Shown here one piece after another: positions 19,455-28,332 of a stretch of DNA of 64,000 nucleotides (positions are counted from its first letter, which is position 1; each line of letters begins with the position of its first letter). Location of the stretch: assembly GCA_963757595.1 (NCBI GenBank), contig CAVWRX010000005.1, positions 1,508 through 65,507 on the forward strand, given 5' to 3'. A program made the position numbers and the translations under genes. Below the pieces are notes generated by a model that ran no database searches, was not told where the DNA came from, and worked only from the letters and a program-made list of their open reading frames with translations. Source of the DNA: an uncultured Chloroflexia bacterium (GTDB lineage Bacteria; Chloroflexota; Limnocylindria; Limnocylindrales; CSP1-4).

Positions 19455-22252
19455 TCGAACCCTCGCCGCTGGGCGGCCGTGGAGGTCGTCCCGCGCTGCA
19501 TGATGGTGCCGAGGCCAAGCCCGAGGACGGCCACGGCGACGATACCGCCCAGGACCGCCGCGAGTTGCGTCGGGTCGGGGACGAGCGAGACGTCGGCCTG
19601 CGCTCCGACGAGCGCGTCCAGGCCGAGCCCCTCGCGGAGGAACACGAACAAGCCCAGGCCGAGCGCGAGCCCGGCGATCAGTGCGGCGACGACGACCGGG
19701 CCGTGCTCCGCGATCACCAGGCCGACGAGCTGGCGGTTGCTGAGGCCCATCGTGCGGAGATGGGCGACCTCCACGGCCTGGGCCGCTCCGGTGAGGGCAA
19801 GGCCGGCAGCCACGGCGAGCACGGCGTACAGGAACGCCACCAGCGCACCGGCCGCGGTCCCGGCCACGACGGCACGGGCGGTGGGGGAATCTCGGAGCGC
19901 CGCGGTCACCTCGGCTCGGGACGACAGCACCGTGGCATTCGGCAGCCGTTCCTCGACAGCCTGTCGGATCGCGGGCCCGGCTTCCGGCGATGCCCGGAGG
20001 AAGATGGTGCTCGCGACCGTGCTGGCGAGAAGGTCGGAGCTGACGTCGACGGCCCGCATCTGCTCCCGCGACGCGATCGCGAACTGCGCCCCGGCGTCGA
20101 ACGCGGGCAGATCGTCGACCACGCCGATCACCTTCATCGGGTACTTGTGGCCGTTGAGCAGGACCAGGAACTCGTCGCCCACCCTGACGCCGTCGGCTCG
20201 CTCGGCCACGGAACGGGAGACCACGATCGGGATGGTCGAGACGTCGGTGGCGTAGAGGTCGAGCGGCAGGGTCAGGGCAGCCGGGGTCCCGGCCGTGACC
20301 CGGTCATAGGCCCCGACATCGAGCGACACGAGCTCGACGTTCAAGCGGCGAGATCCCATGTTGACCTTGGCGAGCGTGGCGGACGCGGATGCCTCGACCC
20401 CCGGCAGTGCCGCTGGGTCGAAGCCCTCGTCGATCCGGCCGACGGAGCTCTCGATACGGTAGGCCGCCCCCACGTCGTGCCAGGCGACCGCCTCCGACGC
20501 TCGATTGAAGTAGACGAGGATCGAGGACGAGAACGCCCAGACCGCCGCCGTGACGAGGACGACGACAAGGGTCGCCCCGACGCGCGACCCCGTCGACGCT
20601 CGTCGCAGGGCGAGCATCGGCACGAGACCGCGACCCCGCGCGGCGAGCCAGGCGAAGAACCGCATCGGGAGCGGGAAGAGCCGCATCGCGAGCAGACCCG
20701 CCGCGAGCCCGGCGAGGGCCGGCACGGCGGCGACGAACGGATCGGCCTGACCCAGCTCGCCCGCGCTGCTCGCTCCGCGAACGCCCCGCTCCCGGAGCAG
20801 CACCGCGCCGGCGACGGCCAGGACCACCACGAGCCCCTCGAACAACAAGCGGCGGACCGACGGGCGGGCTGGTGCCCTCGCTTCCGCGCCGGATCCGAAC
20901 GCGGGACCGTTCGTCGCCGGAATCGCCGCGACGATCAGGAGGATGACCGTCACCGCCGCGACGGCGCCCGCCGCCGCGATGCTCAGCGAGGTCAAGGTCG
21001 ATGGGATGGCGGCGATGGCGATGCCCGCGGCAACGGCGGTGGCCGGAGCGGCGAGGAGCAGGCCCTCGACGCCGATCGCGGCGATGGTCTGGCCGAGCGA
21101 GGCGCCACGTCCGCGAGCGAGGGCGAGGGCCGACCGGCGGCGTTGAGCGGCAAACCCGACGACCAGCGCGAGCGCCCCCAGGGCGACCACCCCGGGGCCG
21201 ATACCCCCGATCATGAGGATCGCCGTCGCCGACGCCCAGCGGGCCTGGAAGAGCTCCAGCAGGGCCCGAAGTGTCCCGCGAAGCGTGGTCCGCCCGAGAT
21301 TGTTCTGGAGCAGGGGTGCCAGGGTCGATGGATAGGCAGTCTCGAGACGCTTGAAGTCGACCAGCAACGCACCGATGGCGGCAGCGTGGAAGCGGGACGG
21401 ATCGAGGTACTCCCGGAACGTGTAGCGCTCGAGCAACGGGGACTGCGTTTCTCGTCGTGTCTCTGTGACGTACGCCGCATATGCCTCGGGAGCGGCGAGG
21501 GCCGTACCGTCGAAGATCGTCAGGTCACCGAAGATGCGGATCGCGGGCCGGGCGAGCGAGCTGTCGTTGAGCCACCAGGGATCCGCCTCGTCCTTGACGC
21601 GATAGATCCCGACGACCTGGACCGCGATCCTCGCCGTCGCGTGCGCCCCCATGAGCTCGTCCGTGGTATCGGCCACCAGCGTCCGCATGGCCCCGACGTC
21701 GACCTGGAAATCGGCGGCCGTCTGCTCCGAGAGGACGACCTCGAACGTCGTCAGGCTTGGCGGTATCTCGTCGGGGCTCGTGGCGTCGGGTGTCTCCGTC
21801 GTGGCGCCGGTCGGCCAGCGACCGGAAACGAGCTCCAGTCGGTCCATCGCATCGGGCTGGATTCGCATGCGCATGGTCCCGGCGTCGCCGGTGAGCTGGA
21901 TGAGCTGTGGCACCTGCCATCGACCGGAATCCATCGTCCAGGCGCGGGCGCTCACGAGCTTGGCAATGGAGGACGGCAGCGTATCGAAGAGCTGCTCGTC
22001 GGTCGAGGTGATCTGAAACAGCGGGTCGTTCCCGACGGGCAGGAACAAATCGTCGCGGACGAACTGGATATTGGAGGTTGCGGCCGAGGCGCCGGCGACC
22101 GTCGACTGCAGCGTGTCGTCGCCGATATGGTCCAGCTGCCGCGGCGTCGCGGCGGCGACAAAGGCGGTGACGAACACGAGGCCGACCACCCCGAGGGCGG
22201 ACAGGCGCTCGTCGCGGATTCGGCGCAGCGCCAGCGCGATCCAGGCAATCAC
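19451..22252 (-). CDS. large FtsX-family ABC permease with two FtsX domains (933 aa)
   Basis: N-terminal TM, large extracytoplasmic domains, and two FtsX-type TM blocks (about aa 330-460 and 800-933, the latter with AHLRTMGLSNRQL). Confidence 0.85.
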   Translation of the reverse strand: MIAWIALALRRIRDERLSALGVVGLVFVTAFVAAATPRQLDHIGDDTLQSTVAGASAATSNIQFVRDDLFLPVGNDPLFQITSTDEQLFDTLPSSIAKLVSARAWTMDSGRWQVPQLIQLTGDAGTMRMRIQPDAMDRLELVSGRWPTGATTETPDATSPDEIPPSLTTFEVVLSEQTAADFQVDVGAMRTLVADTTDELMGAHATARIAVQVVGIYRVKDEADPWWLNDSSLARPAIRIFGDLTIFDGTALAAPEAYAAYVTETRRETQSPLLERYTFREYLDPSRFHAAAIGALLVDFKRLETAYPSTLAPLLQNNLGRTTLRGTLRALLELFQARWASATAILMIGGIGPGVVALGALALVVGFAAQRRRSALALARGRGASLGQTIAAIGVEGLLLAAPATAVAAGIAIAAIPSTLTSLSIAAAGAVAAVTVILLIVAAIPATNGPAFGSGAEARAPARPSVRRLLFEGLVVVLAVAGAVLLRERGVRGASSAGELGQADPFVAAVPALAGLAAGLLAMRLFPLPMRFFAWLAARGRGLVPMLALRRASTGSRVGATLVVVLVTAAVWAFSSSILVYFNRASEAVAWHDVGAAYRIESSVGRIDEGFDPAALPGVEASASATLAKVNMGSRRLNVELVSLDVGAYDRVTAGTPAALTLPLDLYATDVSTIPIVVSRSVAERADGVRVGDEFLVLLNGHKYPMKVIGVVDDLPAFDAGAQFAIASREQMRAVDVSSDLLASTVASTIFLRASPEAGPAIRQAVEERLPNATVLSSRAEVTAALRDSPTARAVVAGTAAGALVAFLYAVLAVAAGLALTGAAQAVEVAHLRTMGLSNRQLVGLVIAEHGPVVVAALIAGLALGLGLFVFLREGLGLDALVGAQADVSLVPDPTQLAAVLGGIVAVAVLGLGLGTIMQRGTTSTAAQRRGFE

Positions 22253-25200
22253 TCGTCGTTTCCTCGGAGCACGTCACCGATGCGGATGCCAAGGAGCTGA
22301 CTGCGCAGGACCAGGAGGCTCGCGATGAGCACGGCCACGGCCGCGACCACGATCGGCAGGAGCGACAGCCACGGGATCACCACCACCGGCGGCGGCACGA
22401 CGGCCGCACCCGTCGTCGTGAGGGTCGCGAACGGCAGGACGAGCCACGACAGGAGGATCCCCAGGCCGATACCGGCGAGGATCCCCGTCACGAGCAGGAA
22501 TGTGTGCTCGAGCGCCAGCCAGATTGAGAGCTGGCGGCCCGACAGCCCGAGCGCTCGCAGGAGGGCGAACTCGCCCAGCCGCTCCCGCGTCGAGACGGTC
22601 GCCGACACCACGAAGCCGATCGCGGCGAAGATGAGGGCCGCCCAGGACCCCAGCCCGAGGACCCCGATCACGCCGCGTGGGATGGGGTCCGTCAGGAGCG
22701 CCGTTTCCTGGCCCGCCGTCGTCACGACCGTCGCGTCGTGATCCGGACCGCCGACGATCGCGGCCGCGACCGAGGCCGGTTCCGAGCTGGCGATCCACCA
22801 TTCGGTCGGGGGCTTGATGCTGCCGGTCGCGGCATAGCGGAGTCCCACGACGGTGCGCTGGTCGACGATCAGGAACGGCGTAGACGGATCGAGGGTCGGA
22901 TACGAGTCGATCTCGCCGATGATGTGGACCCTCGCGCCGGTCCCCTCGAGGCTCGCCGTGAGCGTGTCGCCGATCGCCGCGCCGGTAGCGGCCAGGAAGG
23001 CGCCGCCCGCGATCGCCGCCACGGGCGAGGCGGCGACATCCGCCCTCAGCATCAACGTCGCCGAGGAGAACCCCCAGAAGAAGGGGTCGATGTCGGCCGG
23101 GTCCGTCCCGAACCGAAATTGCCACGTGCCGGCAGTCGGCTCGTATGGCTGCAGAATCGCTGTCCCTACGTTCAGGAACCAGGACCATCGGGATGCCCCG
23201 GGAGCAAGCCCGAGGGGCTGCCATGTCGCGGCCGAGAGATCACTCGACGTATCGGTCCTCACGAGCGTCGTCGTCCCCGTGATCCCCACGAGGTGTGGCG
23301 CGCTGAAGTTGAGCTCGATGGCCTGGAGCCTGACGGGTTCAACGAGGCCGGGGCCGCCCTCTTGAGTCAGATCGACGACGAGGCGCTGGCCGGCCCCGCT
23401 GAGCATCCCTTCGCGGGTAGATGCCAGGCGATAGAGGCGACCGAGTCCGTCCTCGACGACAACCGACGCCGCGATCCCCGGCGTCACGGTCAGGTCCACA
23501 GGGGGCACGGGCGGCTCGTTCGGCGGATTGTCGTGGTCGCCTCGAAGGCGGCGTCCAGCACCAGCCCGATGGCCTGCGACCCGGCGGGGATCTCGATGCC
23601 GGCCGGCGCCGGCCTGGCCGCGGCGAGCTGACCGTACAGGTCCGCCGTTGATGCGGAATCGGCGCCCTGGGTGGCGTTCACGATGCCCTGGGCAACACTC
23701 GCGTCGACGGCGAGCAGAGGATCGCCGCGGACCGACCGACCCGCGTCGACGCTCAGGCGATCGACAGGCATGACGCCGTCGACACCCTGGATCGAGGCCA
23801 ACTCGGCGGCGAGGCCCGGTCGGCGGCCGGCCGTCGTCGACGGGAGGAGCCTGACCGCCGCGCCGGCCGCGTAGGCGGCCTGGTCGGCCTGGGAGCGGGT
23901 CCATGTCGCGACGTGGGCGACGGCAAAGGTGCCGAGCGCGGCGGCCAGCATCAGGAGCAGGGCCGACCTCGTGTAGCGCAGCGGTCGTCGGGCAAGGCCA
24001 CGACCGCCCATCGGCCCGACGAGGCCGCGACCGCGTTCGAGGAACTGCTCGAGGAACTCCAGCGCCCGCGGCAGGAGACGGGTCGCGACCACCGCACCCG
24101 CGAGCAGGCCGATGGCCGGGGCAGCCACGAGGAGCGGGTCGATGCCGAGAATGCCTCGGGCGTTCTTCGTCAACGGCGCACCGTATTGGCGAAGTTGCCA
24201 CAGGGCAATCGCGGCCACCACCACGAGCGCCAGGTCGAGGCCGAGCCGGCGAGCCAGCGTGCTGCCGGTCTGACGGGAGATCGCGGCCCGGACTCCCGCC
24301 AGGTTCGGCCCACCCCCGAGCATCGGCAGGCTCAGGGCGACGATCCCGACCATCGCCGTGACCGCGTCGACGATGAGCGCGCCGACCGACAACCGGCCGC
24401 CGGCGACGAGGCCGCCGGCGAGGGGCTCGGACGCGACGAGCCACCCGACCACGAGTTGCGCGGCGAACGGCGCGATCACGGCGGCCGACCCCGTGAGCAG
24501 GATCGCCTCCAGGATGCCCATCGCGGCGAGGTGGCCGGTCGAGGCCCCGCGGGTCCGGAACAACGCGGTCTCGGCCCGCCGCCGGTCGGCAAGCATGCCG
24601 GCCACGAGGACGATCGCGTACAGGGCCAGGACCGCGTACTGGATGACGAGGACCAGCACCCCGGTTCGGCTCACGAGCACGGACCGGGCGATCGAATCGA
24701 GGATCTTCGGCAGGCCGGTCGTCACGCGGTACTGGGCACTCCCGGCGAGGGCGACCCCGATCCTCGCATCGAGCTGCGTTGCCGCGGTACGGATGGTGGT
24801 CACGTCGTCGAGCCCGACCTTGTCCGGGTCGAGAATCCCGCGCCACTCGTAGGAGATTCGATCCCCGAACGGGCGCGAGTCGATGTCGACGTCGGGGACG
24901 ACGAAGGGCCCGACCTGCGTGTACGAGCCCTCGACCACGGATCCCTTGAGCTCCTGGGGATCGCCGAGCCAGTACGCGTCGGCCGGGTTCGGCCGCCAGG
25001 TGCCGGTGACGGTGACCTCGATCCGATTCGTGGGCTGGAGGCGATTGACCAGCGTCAGCGAGTCACCGGCGTGCAGGTCGAGGAGCGTCGCCGCGGCCTC
25101 GGAGAGCGTGGCTTCCTGCGGCGTGGCCCCCGCCTCGGCCCAACGACCGGACGAGAGCGTCGCATGCGCCGCGATGTCCTGGAAGCTCGCGAACGCCGTC

Positions 25201-25517
25201 AGCGTCGTGACGCTCGCGGGATCGGTGGCCGCGTCGGCGAACACGGGCGATGTGGCGACCCGGGCAACCAGGCCACCCGACGGGCCGACGGCCGCCTCGA
25301 TCACGGGGCGGATGGCCGCATCCAGCGCGCCGGCCTGACTCGCCGGGTCGCCCGAGGTGACGACGATCGAACGGTCCGCGACGTCCGCCTGCGCCAGCGC
25401 CGCTCGAAGCCCGCCGAGCGCGACGGTGTCGCCATACAGCGCCCCGCCCGTCAGGAGGGTCGTCGCGCAGAGCAGCAGGAGCCACGCGGCGATCACGACC
25501 GGCCAGTCGGCGCGCAT
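22249..25517 (-). CDS. second large FtsX-family ABC permease (~1090 aa), reading frame broken once in this assembly
   Basis: ORF 23490..25517 covers TM1, an ectodomain, the first FtsX block with FRTRGASTGHL, four more TMs and the start of the second ectodomain. The real part of ORF 22249..24846 (from about 23535 down) covers the rest of that ectodomain and a C-terminal FtsX block (ALLRALGLSGRQL). The two are in different frames, with the break near 23525-23545. Confidence 0.75.
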
Positions 25518-25686
25518 GCGGCGGAGGACGGTGCGCCAGAGCCCGACCGATCTCAGGGACCCGTCCTCCTCATCCCGTCTCGGATCCGGCCTGCTGGGGA
25601 CAGGCTCAGATTCCCGCTATGACGCGTTCATGGGGCGGACGGTTCCCAGGTGGTTTCCGCCCTGTTGGCTGGTACCCTACCTGAAC

Positions 25687-25763
25687 GCGCCCGTAGCTCA
25701 GCGGATCAGAGCATCTGACTTCGGATCAGAGGGTCGGGGGTTCGAGTCCCTCCGGGCGCGCCA
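25687..25763 (+). tRNA. tRNA-Arg (anticodon TCG), CCA encoded
   Basis: Manual cloverleaf. Acceptor GCGCCCG/CGGGCGC. D arm GCTC-AGCGGATCA-GAGC. Anticodon arm TCTGA-CTTCGGA-TCAGA. Variable loop GGGTC. T arm GGGGG-TTCGAGT-CCCTC. Discriminator G followed by CCA. Confidence 0.9.
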
Positions 25764-25952
25764 TAACAACCTGCGGGAGCGCGAGTGCCAGGCCGTTCGA
25801 ATAGGCGGCCGGCGTCAGGCGCACCGAGACGATCGAGCGACCCACCACGGTGATGCGCTCGTAGATCGCGTGCAGCAGTCTTCCATCGGCTGCACCGCCG
25901 ATGATGCCAAAGCAGATTCGGACATCACCTCCTCCCGCCTGCCAGTCCCAGG

Positions 25953-26192
25953 CTAGGTCTCTGGCGTGTCGGGCCCGGATTGAGGTCCTGACGTCATGAT
26001 GGCTGACGCGGGCGAATCGCCTGCCCCTTGGCGTGTTGTTTCAAGCGTGTCGGACGTGGCATTGCGGAACTCACGAATGCCCTTTCCGAGCGCAGAACCA
26101 ACCTCCGGCAGCTTCCCTGGTCCCATCACAAGGAGCGCAATCACGAGGATGATCACCAGCTCTGGGGCACCAAGATTTCCAATGAACCGGAC
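25953..26192 (-). CDS. tatA: twin-arginine translocase subunit TatA/E
   Basis: C-terminal part of ORF 25953..26675: FIGNLGAPELVIILVIALLVMGPGKLPEVGSALGKGIREFRNA. No canonical in-frame start lies directly upstream of the conserved N-terminus (ATT at 26183 is the nearest candidate). Confidence 0.75.
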   Translation of the reverse strand, partial: VRFIGNLGAPELVIILVIALLVMGPGKLPEVGSALGKGIREFRNATSDTLETTRQGAGDSPASAIMTSGPQSGPDTPET

Positions 26193-26311
26193 ACCCCCGA
26201 CCCGAGGGGGACGGCGACCCTTGCCGCCATCGAGGTTCCCCCGGCTGGCTGGGTGATGCCGTAGCGGCCGAACCGATGCGACGCCTCCGGGCGGTCCTGA
26301 TCGGCCGTGGG

Positions 26312-26965
26312 TCAGGTCCCGTCGCGCGCCTGTTCGAGACCGTCGAGGATCAGGTCGAGGCCGAACTCGAATGCGGGCTTCTGACCGGGTGTCGGTGGCC
26401 GCTCGTGAAAGGCGACGTGCGCCAGGAGGTTGGGATACGCGTCGAGGCCCAGGTCGGCGACGATCCTCGACAGGTCCGCCGGGGTGGTGTTCCGAAGCGC
26501 GGCCGTGTAGTGGGCCTCCCAGAGCGTGAACCCCAGGATGTGGCTGTCGATGGCGTGATAGCCGCGATCGGCCAGCTCCGCCGGAAACCCGGCATCCCCC
26601 AGCCGGCCCAGGAGCGCATCGACCATCCGGAGGCGGCTGGGGAGCACCCGCGGCCCCGACATCAGCGGGTTGCATGCCCAGGGGTGGGCCCGCAGGACCC
26701 GATGGGCGGAAACGGCGCTGGCTCGGACCGCGGACCTCCAGTCGCCGGTCGGCGGGGGCAGCTCGATCTCGCGGACGACGAGGTCCACGATGCCGTCGAT
26801 GATGTCCTCCCGGCTCGATGCGTGGTAGTAGAGCGACATCGCCTCGAATCCGAGCGTTCGCGCCAGCCGACGCATCGTGAGCGCCTCGAGGCCGCCATCG
26901 TCGGCGAGGTCCATCGCGGCCCGTAGGACGCGATCCCGCGTGAGGGGCGGACGGCGAGCAGTCAT
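26312..26965 (-). CDS. TetR-family transcriptional regulator
   Basis: ATG at 26965 (MTARRPPLTRDRVLRAAMDLADDGGLEALTMRRLARTLGFEAMSLYYH). The C-terminal ligand-binding domain is TetR-repressor-like. It is divergent from an oxidoreductase gene. Confidence 0.85.
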   Translation of the reverse strand: MTARRPPLTRDRVLRAAMDLADDGGLEALTMRRLARTLGFEAMSLYYHASSREDIIDGIVDLVVREIELPPPTGDWRSAVRASAVSAHRVLRAHPWACNPLMSGPRVLPSRLRMVDALLGRLGDAGFPAELADRGYHAIDSHILGFTLWEAHYTAALRNTTPADLSRIVADLGLDAYPNLLAHVAFHERPPTPGQKPAFEFGLDLILDGLEQARDGT

Positions 26966-27027
26966 CAGGACCCTCGACCCAAGGCTTGATCCACTTCGAC
27001 CCTCTCCGACAGGGGTGGCACGAGCCA

Positions 27028-27082
27028 TTGACATCGTACTACGTAAGAAATATGCTCCGTCCTGCGTGTCGTACACCGTACG
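27028..27082 (+). promoter_or_regulatory. candidate promoter plus CGTAC-type inverted repeats (possible TetR operator)
   Basis: TTGACA (27028-27033), a 17-nt spacer, then TATGCT (27051-27056). Palindromes CGTACTACG (27035-27043) and CGTAC-ACC-GTACG (27070-27082) lie in an AT-richer divergent intergenic region. Confidence 0.35.
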
Positions 27083-27116
27083 AACAGCGGGGAGGGCAGC
27101 GGTGGTCGCAGGTCGG

Positions 27117-28082
27117 ATGAAAGCAATCGTCCACGAGCGGTACGGCTCGCCAGACGTTCTCGAGCTGCGTGATGTCGAGATCCCGACGATCGGTGACGAC
27201 GGAGTGCTGGTCCGGGTCCGGGCGTCATCGGTCAACGCGGCAGATTGGCACACGATGCGCGGCCGGCCCATCTTCGCCCGCCTCACGATGGGCCTTCGTC
27301 GACCGAGCCAATCGGTGGCGGGCATCGACGTCGCCGGCGTCGTCGAAGCAGTCGGCCGCGATGTGACCGAGCTCCGCCCCGGCGACGAGGTCTTCGGCGG
27401 CCGGAGCGGCGCGTTCGGCGAATACGTGGCGGGCCGCGTCCGCAACTTTGTTCCTAAACCCGCGAATCTCTCGTTCGATGAGGCCGCGGCGATCCCGGTC
27501 GCCGCCACGACGGCCCTGCAGGCCCTCAGGGATCGGGGGCAGCTGAAGGCCGGCCAGCGCGTGCTGATCATCGGTGCAGGCGGCGGCGTCGGTTCCTTCT
27601 CGGTCGAGATCGCGAAGGCACTCGGGGCAACCGTGACGGCTACGACGAGCCCGGCGAACGTGGACTTCGTGCGCGCGCTCGGCGCGGACGAGGTCGTCGA
27701 CTACACGCGCACCAACATCATCCGGAGCGGCCGTGTGTTCGATGTCGTCCTCGACGTCGGGGGCTACCAGTCGTTGCGGGACCTCACGCGCGTCGCGGGC
27801 CCCGGCGGGGCAATGGTCCCGGTCGGCGCCGGGACGGCGACGACGGTCGGCATCATTTCGGGGCTCGTCGCTGGCGAGGTCCGTCGGCGCCTGTTGGGAC
27901 AGCGACTGGGGTTCTTCCTTGCCCACATCACCCGCGACGATCTCCTCGTGCTCGGCCGGCTCGCGACGGACGGGAAGATCATCCCCAGGGTCGATCGTCG
28001 GTACCCGCTTGCCGAGACCGCCGAGGCCATGCGTTACGCGGAGTCCGGAGTGGCGCGGGGCAAGATCGTCATCACCGTCTGA
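27117..28082 (+). CDS. NAD(P)-dependent medium-chain dehydrogenase/quinone oxidoreductase-like protein
   Basis: ATG at 27117 within ORF 26877..28082. Segments: MKAIVHERYGSPDVLEL, VLVRVRASSVNAADW, and cofactor loop LIIGAGGGVGSFSVEIAK. No structural-zinc Cys cluster is present. Confidence 0.85.
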   Translation: MKAIVHERYGSPDVLELRDVEIPTIGDDGVLVRVRASSVNAADWHTMRGRPIFARLTMGLRRPSQSVAGIDVAGVVEAVGRDVTELRPGDEVFGGRSGAFGEYVAGRVRNFVPKPANLSFDEAAAIPVAATTALQALRDRGQLKAGQRVLIIGAGGGVGSFSVEIAKALGATVTATTSPANVDFVRALGADEVVDYTRTNIIRSGRVFDVVLDVGGYQSLRDLTRVAGPGGAMVPVGAGTATTVGIISGLVAGEVRRRLLGQRLGFFLAHITRDDLLVLGRLATDGKIIPRVDRRYPLAETAEAMRYAESGVARGKIVITV

Positions 28083-28197
28083 GAGCCTGTCAACGAACTC
28101 GGCGACCCTTGACTTCCTCGGGGGACCTCCCAGTCTGGGAACACGCATCCGCTGGCGACCCGTGGGCACGATGGGTACATGGTGTCGGCGCGTCAGC

Positions 28198-28332
28198 TCA
28201 GTTCGGCGGGCGCCTCCGGGCGGCGCACTGGGCGTCGATCCAGGCCTTGTCGGCGTCCCAGTAGGCGCTCCCGCGCTCAAGCCCTTGGAGGGCGGCCTCG
28301 GCCTCCCACGCGTCGCACCAGCGTTCCGCGAC
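28198..28332 (-). pseudogene. 5'-truncated copy (last 44 codons) of the small gene at 30278..30505
   Basis: It translates to VAERWCDAWEAEAALQGLERGSAYWDADKAWIDAQCAARRRPPN*, matching 40 of 44 residues of the C-terminus of ORF 30278..30505. DNA similarity ends abruptly at 28332/28333, where the Rhs fragment begins. Confidence 0.7.

Noticed and set aside
25886-25930. 36-codon minus-strand ORF (MSESALASSAVQPMEDCC...) with a strong GGAGGAGG Shine-Dalgarno-like sequence just upstream.
   Set aside because: The composition is not protein-like, and the purine-rich stretch is equally explained by the overlapping remnant frame discussed in the findings. It is too short to support.
25357-25956. 199-aa plus-strand ORF running through the tRNA-Arg gene.
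   Set aside because: It reads straight through a well-folding tRNA (the ...VAQRIRASDFGSEGRGFESL... peptide is the tRNA translated) and has no protein-like features.
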